64,000 bases of DNA, from contig CP084167.1 in the NCBI GenBank assembly GCA_021513715.1, forward strand, positions 2,336,001-2,400,000, in the 5' to 3' direction. Under the pieces are notes generated by a model that was given only the letters and a program-made list of their open reading frames with translations, was not told the DNA's origin and made no database searches. Below, piece by piece: positions 20,739-31,000 of the stretch. The translations under genes were made by a program, and so were the position numbers. Positions within the stretch are counted from its first letter, which is position 1, and each line of letters starts with the position of its first letter. This stretch comes from Candidatus Heimdallarchaeum endolithica (lineage in GTDB: Archaea > Asgardarchaeota > Heimdallarchaeia > Heimdallarchaeales > Heimdallarchaeaceae).

Positions 20739-21923
20739 GTGGTGGAGTTTATGACTGTAAGTGAAAGGGGAAAGGATAAGTTTTTTTCAAATGTCTATTA
20801 TGATTTTAAAGGGGAAAAAAATCGACTCTCTACCGAAATAATTCCGTTTGAGTTTGAAGCAGTAATACGAGAGGAACATCTGATTACTGTTAAAGATATT
20901 AGAATAAAGGCAGGAATAAAATATCATCTGCATATTAAAAGTTTGGAGACAGATCAAAAATTACAAGGAGTAGACCTTTTAATTAGAAAACGTGGAGAGA
21001 AGATAGTTTTTACTTTGTCGCATCGAATGAAAAAACTGTTCAAAAAAGGAGAAAAAGTAAAGGTTAGTATCTTTTGTCCAACAGAGGAGTTTTACGGAAG
21101 AAAACAAAAAGAAGGAATAAGAGATGTATCCATCCACAACGATGAGATCTTGTGTATAGCTTTTATCTATCAAATGGGAGAAAATAAAGGACTAATCAGT
21201 CTCAATAGCGAAAATGAAGAGTATTTGTCAAAATTAGAAGGAATACAAGAGACTTTTCATATCTTGGATGATAGAATAATAAGGAGAGATGAGGAAGGAA
21301 ATGTCCCCTTTGAAGCTAAAAGTTACTCTAATTATGCAATAATAAGATACTACACGATAATGAACAGGTATGATTTCATAAAGAATCAAGAAAATCACTC
21401 TTCTGTTTATACTTATTTCGTAGGAGATGAAAAAATCCTTCCTACAGTAACATCCGTCAAAGCTTGTTTAGTGATAGTAATAAACAAGTCCTTGATTCCT
21501 ATATGTCTAGAAGAGAGAGTAAGAAAAGAAATAAACATGTTTCTGGACAAAAAAATGCCTTTATTTAAAATACAAGACCAACTTTATGAATTGAAAAGAG
21601 TAATTTTACAATATATTAGAGCGTATTATAGACCTATCATAGCAGAAGAGACGTACAACGAGTTCAACATTAAATCAATGATTTTTCATTTAAACCGCAA
21701 AACTTCTCCTGTATACAAAGCAATTATATCCCTCGTATCTTTTGATAACTACATCTCAGTAGAAAAACTGGTGAACTATGTAGAAGAGAAGTATAAAATA
21801 AAAGATAGACGTTACATCAGTGAATCGTTAACAGAACTGATAAATCTTGGAATTATAAAAAGAAAGGTTGAGGACGGAAAAGTAGGGGTAGGGGTTGTGA
21901 GATCATATGATGAAAAAAGATGA
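20739..21923 (+). CDS. Hypothetical element protein with C-terminal winged helix (likely start ATG 20751)
   Basis: 394-aa ORF; GGTGGAG precedes ATG 20751; ISVEKLVNYVEE...YISESLTELINLGIIKR wHTH-like end; overlaps the ParA gene. Confidence 0.75.
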   Translation: MVEFMTVSERGKDKFFSNVYYDFKGEKNRLSTEIIPFEFEAVIREEHLITVKDIRIKAGIKYHLHIKSLETDQKLQGVDLLIRKRGEKIVFTLSHRMKKLFKKGEKVKVSIFCPTEEFYGRKQKEGIRDVSIHNDEILCIAFIYQMGENKGLISLNSENEEYLSKLEGIQETFHILDDRIIRRDEEGNVPFEAKSYSNYAIIRYYTIMNRYDFIKNQENHSSVYTYFVGDEKILPTVTSVKACLVIVINKSLIPICLEERVRKEINMFLDKKMPLFKIQDQLYELKRVILQYIRAYYRPIIAEETYNEFNIKSMIFHLNRKTSPVYKAIISLVSFDNYISVEKLVNYVEEKYKIKDRRYISESLTELINLGIIKRKVEDGKVGVGVVRSYDEKR

Positions 21924-22707
21924 ACAAGGAAAAGTAGTGAGTTTTTTCAGTTTTTCAGGAGGAGTAGGTAAAACGACTTTGGTTGTTAACATTGCTAAAA
22001 TGTTAGCCGAACAAGGAAAGAAAATAATAGTGCTAGAACTAGAATTACTCTCACCTAAATACCAAACTATTTTTGGTTTTAATCCTGCGAAATCTATAGA
22101 TGAACTATATATGCAAAACTATAGAAACAATCTTGAACTAGAAACGGTTGATAGAATAATTAAGAAAAGTATAATTACAAACGATTATGGAGTAGATTTC
22201 ATTATCCCTACTGCTCCCACAACAATAGAAGATCTAATTAACAGAGATAGAGACTATAATCATAAAGATTTTGCAAACTTTATAAGAAATTTACTAGCTT
22301 ATCTGAGGAAGAAATACGAGCTAGTGTTGATAGACTCTCCAAGTATAACGAACACCGAAATAATGAGTGTTTTACTGCTATCAGATAAATTAGTTTATGT
22401 CTGTATTCCCCCTTTGGAAGATATATCTGAGGGAATAGAACAAATAAAAAAATTTCCAGAGAGTACATTCATCGATCCAATTGATGTGATAATAAACAAA
22501 GTACCAGTAGAAACAGAAAAAAAAAGACAAATATTGGAAAGAAAAATGAAAGAACGACTAAAGAAAGAAAAAATAAACAAAGTAAGAATAGTAGAATTAT
22601 CACTAAATTATATAAAAGAGAATGTAAAAGAAAGGAGAATATACATAGAAAAAGAAAAGGAAAAAAACATTTATCAAACACTGCTAAACTACAGTAAAGA
22701 ATTATAA
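21907..22707 (+). CDS. MinD/ParA-family ATPase with deviant Walker A
   Basis: VVSFFSFSGGVGKTTLVVNIAKMLAEQGKKI, YELVLIDSP, VIINKV. Confidence 0.9.
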   Translation: MMKKDEQGKVVSFFSFSGGVGKTTLVVNIAKMLAEQGKKIIVLELELLSPKYQTIFGFNPAKSIDELYMQNYRNNLELETVDRIIKKSIITNDYGVDFIIPTAPTTIEDLINRDRDYNHKDFANFIRNLLAYLRKKYELVLIDSPSITNTEIMSVLLLSDKLVYVCIPPLEDISEGIEQIKKFPESTFIDPIDVIINKVPVETEKKRQILERKMKERLKKEKINKVRIVELSLNYIKENVKERRIYIEKEKEKNIYQTLLNYSKEL

Positions 22708-22756
22708 TATCAAAATTAAAAGAAAAGAAAAATAAAGTCTATCCCTACCGCCAAAA

Positions 22757-22786
22757 CTATCACTATCATTATCACTATCATTTTCA
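22757..22786. repeat. Hexamer tandem repeat (C/T)TATCA x4 plus one degenerate copy
   Basis: CTATCA CTATCA TTATCA CTATCA TTTTCA, 50 bp after the ParA stop. Confidence 0.7.
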
Positions 22787-22860
22787 TTTGAACTAGCAAA
22801 AAAGAAACAAAACAAAACGAAAAGGAAAAAAAACAAAAGAATTGGAAATAAGGAAATTTA

Positions 22861-24243
22861 CTATTTTCTCTTATTTTTTAAAAGAAAGAGGAGATTTTTA
22901 ACCGAGAAAATAGAAACGAAGGATAAAGGAGTGAGAACGATTATCAAGTACATTATTTGGTTTTTGATTAAGGGATTGGTATGGTTATAAAATTCTTCAA
23001 GATTGGTTAAACCATCACCATCAAGGTCAAGATAAGAGTCATTAGTTAAAGGGTCAGAACCATAATGAACTTCCCAACCGTCAGGTAAAAGGTCTCCATC
23101 CGAATCAGGATTCCAGGGGTCAGTACCATAAAGATGATCTTCAAGATAATCTAGTAGCATGTCTTCGTCGAAATCGCTTCCACGAGGAAAAGGGTCAAAA
23201 GCTTTAGCTTTTCCATCGATAGGGTAAGGTTCAGAGCCATCGGTATCTGACCAATAGTTACCAATAGAATAGACGGGGTCAAACCAGGTGTTATTCGCTC
23301 CATCATCAAAAGCTTGAGAAAGATTATTACCTTTATTGTTCTTGAAAAAAACGTTACGTGAGATAAAGTTGTTAGAAGCAGCTTTGTGAACAAACAGTCC
23401 ATACTCACTGTTATTGAACAAAACATTAGAAGAAAGGTGATTGTTAGAACCACCTAAAAATATCCCACTTTTTCTGCTCTCGGAAATAACGTTATCGGTA
23501 ACGGAGTTGTTATCCCCACTTACGCTTATTCCTTTATAAAAAGTATAAGTAATAGTATTATTTGTTATGATGTTATTATGTCCTGAACCATAAATTCCAT
23601 GTGCTCCACTATACGATATGTAGTTATTAGTAATAATGTTAAAACAACTTTCAGTCATATCAATACTTTTTCCACTATTATGAGAAATATTATTACCACT
23701 AACCAAATTGTGAGAACCGTGTTGGATTCTTATTGCTCCCCGAGTATGAGTTATAAAATTGTTAATAACGACGTTATCAGAACTGTATAAACGTATTAAT
23801 TCGCGAGAATAAGTTCGATTGGTTCCACCAACAAGAGTGGAACCCTCAAGGTGAAGATGGGCGTTATCCCATGCTCCAATATCCCAAGGACTGTCAGTGT
23901 AAGTTAGAATGGTTGTATCATAGATCTCTAAAGAAGAATTGTCTATAGCATAAATACTTAGAGAACCCACTCTATCATGTTCAATAACAATAAAACAATT
24001 ACGAAGAATAAGAGAGCCTTCGTCCTTGATAAGAACTCTGTTGATAAGTTTAATAAACTCGTTTTCAACTACAGTAGGTTCAGTAATGTTCCAAATACCT
24101 TCCGGAGGAGGAAAGGTTCCTGAGCTAGATGCAGAAGAAGTAACTAGAGGACTAAAAGTAGGTGAAAAGAGCAGGAGAGAAGAAAAAATCACAAGTAAAA
24201 GCACGAACGAATTATTTTTCCTTTTTGTTAGAATAAAAAGCAT
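22861..24243 (-). CDS. Membrane-anchored right-handed beta-helix (NosD-like) protein with Ca-binding DxDGD repeats
   Basis: Signal-like N-terminus, N-x-I-x-x-N repeats, GNYWSD motif, DSDGDLLPDGWE / DLDGDGLTNLEE repeats, C-terminal TM. Confidence 0.88.
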   Translation of the reverse strand: MLFILTKRKNNSFVLLLVIFSSLLLFSPTFSPLVTSSASSSGTFPPPEGIWNITEPTVVENEFIKLINRVLIKDEGSLILRNCFIVIEHDRVGSLSIYAIDNSSLEIYDTTILTYTDSPWDIGAWDNAHLHLEGSTLVGGTNRTYSRELIRLYSSDNVVINNFITHTRGAIRIQHGSHNLVSGNNISHNSGKSIDMTESCFNIITNNYISYSGAHGIYGSGHNNIITNNTITYTFYKGISVSGDNNSVTDNVISESRKSGIFLGGSNNHLSSNVLFNNSEYGLFVHKAASNNFISRNVFFKNNKGNNLSQAFDDGANNTWFDPVYSIGNYWSDTDGSEPYPIDGKAKAFDPFPRGSDFDEDMLLDYLEDHLYGTDPWNPDSDGDLLPDGWEVHYGSDPLTNDSYLDLDGDGLTNLEEFYNHTNPLIKNQIMYLIIVLTPLSFVSIFSVKNLLFLLKNKRK

Positions 24244-24378
24244 GAATAAATAACCCTTTTTTTTATTAATAAATTTTTGTAAATTATTGCTTTAACTGTT
24301 ATTTAATGTGATAGAATAGTAAGTTAAAGATACATTATAAAAGAAATAAATAAAGGATAGCAAATTGCTACTGTGAAA

Positions 24379-24466
24379 AAACGTCTATAAAAACTATCGA
24401 CATTTTTGAGAAACGTCTATAAAAACTATCGACATTTTTGAGAAACGTCTATAAAAACTATCGACA
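24379..24466. repeat. 32-bp perfect tandem repeat x2.75 (AAACGTCTATAAAAACTATCGACATTTTTGAG)
   Basis: Units at 24379-24410, 24411-24442 and partial 24443-24466; no spacers. Confidence 0.95.
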
Positions 24467-25051
24467 CAAATTCAATCTATGACAAAAGATGTCTTTTAAA
24501 ATCATTTATAATGTGGTAGAAAAGTCTCCTGGGTTTAAATACTACCAATAGTTTTATATATCAGTAATTGACCAAAAAGAAAAAACTTCACACGATACTA
24601 AAAAATGCATTTTTATTTAATTAAAAGGCTGAAGAATAAGAAGTGTGATATATATACACTGTTGGATAAAAACAACTTACGGGTTATAAATTCAAACAGA
24701 AAATAAAGAGAATGAGAAAAATTTACAGGTATTTATAAATACCATATTGATTTAAATAGAAAAAGAGATAGTCACATTTTATGAGTCAATGTAGTAAAAA
24801 ATTGTTCAACCCCAAGTACCCGAACAAAACTATGTTGACTCATAAATCCTTGAAAAACTCAAATTCAAGGATAACCCAGAAAGAAAAAATTGACTCATGT
24901 TGCTTTTTAGCAAACTTTTTTTCAACAGCAGATCTGGGTAAAAAAAGGAAAGTGGAGATTTTTTCACTTTCCACACTCTCCTTTAAGTTTATTTTTAAGC
25001 ATAATAGTGCTTCTTTTTGTTCTCTCTCAAAGAAAATAAAGGTGGATAAGA

Positions 25052-28000
25052 ATGGAGAAAATAAAGATAAAGAAAAAGTTAACAATTTATTCAATTTTAA
25101 TAATATTACTATTCTCTAATTTAAGTGGATTGAATTTTAAGTTTTTACAAGCAGAAAATGGAGACCAGAGTCCTCCATCTATACTCAGAGTTACACAGTT
25201 TCCTGAAATTCCTACCCAATTCGATGGAGTAGTAGTTTATGTAGAAGTGGAAGATGAAACAGGGTTTAGTTCAATATATTTAATGTATGAGAGAAACAAT
25301 AACTTAACATCCATACCAATGAAGTATTTACCCAATTATTATGGAAATGGAACATGTTTTTATGCTTCTCTTCCTTCTTTTTCAGCAGGAACTAGAATAA
25401 CTTATTTTATCGAAGTGACTGATTCGAGTGAGAATCAGAATATTGCACACTCACTAAAATATGATTATGTGGTGGTGAGTGATGGAATACCAAAAATAAA
25501 GTTATTAAACGAACCAAAATTTCTGTATTCGGAAGAAGAATATACTTTCCAGTTTACAATTTATGATGAGGATAATATCTCTCTTCAAGATACGGGAATT
25601 GATCCACCTTTATTATATTACAGAACAGAAAGAGTAGAAGGAACACAACAAGTAGTTTATAATTCCACGTCAGAAGTATTTGAAAGCGTTTTACCTTCCG
25701 TTAGTTTACTAGATGGAGAAATAAAGGAAGGAGAAAAGATAGAGGTGTGGGTAGGAGCTTATGATAAAAGTCCTGCACACCAGTATGGAGAGAGCCAACA
25801 TTTGCAGTTACCAGTCATTAACGAGAAACCTTACATTTACGGTGTGGATAGATACCCATATATTCCTTTGTATAATGAAAGTTTCAATTTAACCACAACA
25901 ATCTATTATAGAGAAAATATAGGTATGAATATCACGCAAGTATCGGCAACTATAAACCGATATGATGAGGTTACACAAAAAATTACAAAGCAAAGTTATA
26001 TTTTAACCCAAAGTGAATATTCAAAATTTGTATTTACAGGAATAATAGAACCGATTGGATATATAGATAATATAGAACTAAAAATAAATTGTAAGTATAC
26101 TTCAGATTACCAAATAGAAGAAGCAGAAGTAGAAAAACAAGAAAAAAGTTTTAGCGTAAGAGATTGCGAAGCTCCAGCGATATTAGAAAGTGGATTTAGC
26201 AGCGGAGTAACAACATTAAAAGAAGGAGAAGAAGTAAAAGTCTATGCCAATGTATTAGATCGTTTGAATACAAAAGATGTCACTGCAATAGTTACTGAAG
26301 AGTATAAATCAGGATTGCAACTTATTCGTTCATCAAAGGAATATTTTCAAAAATTGAGTTACTATGGAGATGATGGAATAAGTTTTATTCAACAGATGAG
26401 TATTGATCAGAGTATAAGTGGAGATTTTTATTTTGATGGATTAGTTCTAAAAGAAGAATATGTGAGTAAAGTTAGAAAAGAAGCAGCAAGCGAAACATTA
26501 TCTATTTACGCAGTAGAAGGAAAAAATGAATTATTTATAAAAATCATAAATCCTGAAGGGTTTTTACCATTAAACTATAACCAATTGGTTATACAAGCAC
26601 GTGCTATAGGACAAGATATTCTTTTAGCAGGAGTATATGCGGATTTAGGAGAAACAGTAATTTGGAATGAAACAGTAGGAAATTACGTTTACGATAATGT
26701 GTTGCCTATAGACAAGTTTTTTTCTACAGATGAATACGGGACAGCTTGTTTATACAATCTTCAAAATATCGAAGATATTACTAATTCAATATGGCTAAAA
26801 TTCGTTCCTGCTGATGGAGGAAATTTTAGTTCATCTGATGGTTTAAGTATTGATAATATTAGATTGTTCAGTATAAATACTCTAAATGGTGAAAGAATAG
26901 ACTGTTATCATCAAGAAATAAATCATGATTTTGTTGAATATTACGGTTATTATCAAGCTAAAAAGGTTGATCAATTAATAACTTTCTATATCCAAGCGAG
27001 CGACGGAATAAATATCCAAACCCAAAATAATGAGGAAACAATAATAGTAACTGATGGTAAACCTCCTACATTTGCCATTAATCAAATATCGGGAGTGGAT
27101 ATAGAGGATACTGAACTTAAATTTAGTATGGCTATAACTGATTATTCTATAATAGATCCAACTGATGCATTAAATGTCTGTTTTCATTACAAGATTAACG
27201 GATTAGAAGAAATAATTGTAAACTTAACAGTTGCTAATAACTGGGATGAAAAAGGAAAAGTGTGGGTGTATAATTTTAACAATACAACAATATTGAATTT
27301 CAATGATATGTGGGAATATTGGTTCAGTGCAGAAGATCCTTGTGGTAATCGTGGAGAAAGTAAACATTACTCTTTTGTTGTAGAAGAAAATAGTGCACCT
27401 ACAATATCTTTAACTTGTCAAACAGTTACATATAATGGAGAAGAAAAAACAGTTGTTGAACCCGCAGGGGCAGAAATAGGAATATCTGGAGAATATTTAG
27501 ACATAAACATGGATATAACAGAGAATGAAGGAGGAAGTGGAATAAAACTTATCCAGCTATATTGGTATACTTCTTCTCACGAATCCAATTGCTGGAGTTC
27601 AGAAGTATATAGTTTTATGTCTGTCTATTCCATCACTGATTTGACTGTAGCAGAAAAAATGATACATAATTTCGATAAAGTAGGTATACTTTATTATTAT
27701 GCACAAGTAATTGATCATGCAGGAAACATTTATCAAACACCAGAATATCAAGTACAGTTAATAGATAATGTAAAGCCTATAATAAAAATCAACTCTGAAT
27801 ATAATAGCCCAAATGGGTTGTATAATGTCGACAATTCGTATGGTGATATAAGCTATAATGAAGATGCATATATCACTTTAGAAATAGAAGATGCATCAAC
27901 TATAACTAACCTAATTTTGGAGGCAGAAACATCACAAGGTACCTTTGCAGGAGAAGTTATATGGGACGAATATTATCATGATTGGACATTACAACATTAT

Positions 28001-31000
28001 CAGATTAAAGTAAATAAAGCGTGGGAAGTAGGAGAAAATATCAATTTAAAGATTACAGCGGTAGATTCTTTTGGAAATGCACTAAACAATTTTCTATTAG
28101 GTACAGAATACATTATAGATAAACTTCCTCCTGTTTTACTCTCCTATTCGGATAATAATCCTGAACTAGGGGGAGGAGAAATAACTATTTCTTACCAAGT
28201 TAAGGATATAGGAAGTGTTGTAGCTTACCTTTATTATAATTTTAATTCGTCAGTGGAAACACCCTCAACTGAAAACGCTACTCTTTCTGATTTTCAAGTG
28301 GCTGTAATGGAACTTGAATCAATAGACGATACAAAATACGCACCTTATATTGAATGGTCATTTACCAAAACATTATCTCTACCATTAGAAATATTATATC
28401 CTGCAGTATCAATATATTTTGTAGCATTAGACGAATACAATAACAGTTTAACATGTATTGGAGGAAAAGCATATTCCCTACCTAATTTTGATATAGAAAC
28501 AAGTATTTACACTCCCAAGATTGAATCATATAAAAAACTCGCTGATAAATTTGGAGATTTTAGAGAATACCCCAGAGATAATGTTGATAAAAGATGGGTG
28601 GGAGAAACAGAAACAACGATAATTTCCTATGACTTCAGTGTAGAAGAAAATTTTTCTATAAACTATGCTCATCCTTATGGAGATAGATTTGCAAAAAGCG
28701 TATTGGAGTTTTATACTAGGGGTTGCCAAAATAGTTACTACGCACTTGGAGAACCAGATGGAAACATGGCGGAGGTAGGAGAATATATACGTTTAGACAT
28801 GGAGTATGAAGGAAAAATATTGAGTAAGCCTGGAGATGGAGAAGATTTTAAAGTTTATGGGGGAGCAGGACAATATCAAGTAATATTAATAAAAAATGCA
28901 TTGTCTCCCTTGCCAGCATATTATCATCTAGGAACAGGAACGGGTATAACTTCTTGGGACTTAGAAGCAGTGGGTTTAGATGAAGTAAGATATATAGAAA
29001 TATGGAATGAAAACACTGATAACTCTCCAGTTTATATTGATGCAATAGAAGCAATACATTGTGATGGGGATAGTTTCACCGGTCAAGAATGGCAAAATGC
29101 AGAAGAAAATAACGGAATTCCTGCAAATATAGTAGATAAGCAACTTTCAATGTATTACCATGGTTATAATGGAAACAATGAAATATTAGAAACCACGGTC
29201 AATCCTGAGTTTTACGACTACTTGTACATACCTCTATGGATGAATACCTATCTCCCTCAAATAAAACTGTCAATCAACTTTGTACAACAAGCTTATTCTG
29301 TTGATCTTTTTGCAGTAGATAATATAGCAAAGGATTCTTTGATGCAAAATGGAAATTATGTGCATCTAGGAAAAATAGATGGCTCTGGAGTGTATTATTT
29401 TGCATGTTCATACCCTAATAGATACACAGGTGTGTTATTCAAAATAAGACATAGCTGGGAAAGAATAACGAGCGAACTTGTTCAAATGTACAATTATGAA
29501 TTTACGCTTGATTATATTAAATTATTTGGAATTTTTTATAGAATAGAAGAATTATCAGGACCAAATTATTCAGAATTTGAAAAAATGTATGAAAAAAATA
29601 GCGGGAGCAATCCTGATCCTCTATTTTTACAAATGGAAAATTATAATGGTGAAAATCAGAAAAGTGCAAGTATAGATAATATCCATGAGGAAATATGGGC
29701 TGATGCAATTAATGAATTGGAAATTTTTGGTGGTACAAAAGGAGAATGGTTTTATCTCGCAATAGATAGAGCAAGTGAGCAACCTAATAATCCCATTGTT
29801 ACGGATGTTCAAGTTGTTTATGTAGACGGAGAAAGATTATATTGGAAAAATGCATATAATAACCAAAAAAGAATAGCCTTAATTTTTGACACTTTAGAAT
29901 TCTATGAAACTTATGGAGTGAGTAATTACTTTTACATTATGTCAAATGCCACAATTGAGGGAAAAGGATTTACAGCTTACTATTATTCTTTTTATTCTAA
30001 TAATGAACTGTTAGAAGGGTTCAACTATGAAGGAATACCTCAGGCAGATTTCAGGACAGGTGATGCACTTAACCCCACTCTTGAAGATACAAGTTACGAT
30101 TCTCCATGGTGGAATAACCCATTAGATTTTACCTCTCTCAATTCGGATAAACACGGGTGTATAGTCGTACAAATCCAAGAAAATCAGTCGGGTAATATTG
30201 ATTATCTAAATTTTGAAGGATATTACTCTTTCTTATTGGATGATCTTTATCTTGGTGGAGAAGAATTACATACACATAGAATCGGTTATCTCCCTATACA
30301 TATAGAAGGATTTAGCTACTATAGTGGAATAATGGACGGTTTTTATATTACTGACGATATAAAACCCAAATTAAGATTGCAGACATCTATAGCAAATCTT
30401 TATTCTCACCCCTTAGAATTAAGCTATGTTCTTCCTCTCGAGTTTATTGATTATGGAGAAGGGTGGTTACCCAGAGAAATAAAAGATTATGATACTAGTT
30501 ACTTAGATAATGAAAGATATAGATGGTTAGAGGTAGAATTTCACAATAAGATTCAATATGCTATTACAGAACTAAATAATGATTCATGCACACTTTTTCA
30601 GAAAGTGTTCGATACTCAATCAAATGAGATTTATTTTGAAGAGAGCTATACTCATTATAAAAGTAAAAATATAGATAATGAACTCACAAAGAGTTTCTCT
30701 CATATAATTCCTGAATCAGAAGCTATTTTTCCAAGTTCATATCAAGATTTTACTTACAAGTCAAGCTTAAACTATGTAGGAAATATTTCTTCTTCAGATT
30801 ATGTAGAAGTTGATTCACCAGAGATTAAAATAGGAAATACAAAAAAAGAAGATTCAAATATAAATGAACAATATGAAAGAGCGAAAGATGAATACAGATT
30901 TTATTATTTCTTGCCATATGAAAGCGATACAAATTCTATTGCTTTTGTGAATATTTCATCTAAAACTATAAGATTTGATGATGAAGCTTGTACTCCAAGT

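Noticed and set aside
20461-20754. 97-aa ORF (and positional counterpart 63688-63963) as real genes
   Set aside because: Low complexity and no protein similarity between the two beyond a Lys/Arg-rich start; more likely non-coding leader
24379-24466. Possible CRISPR array (32-bp repeats)
   Set aside because: Units are directly adjacent with no spacers, and no cas1/cas2 or effector genes are present in the window
24781-25119. Short overlapping ORFs upstream of giant gene 1
   Set aside because: Mutually overlapping, low complexity, no recognisable motifs
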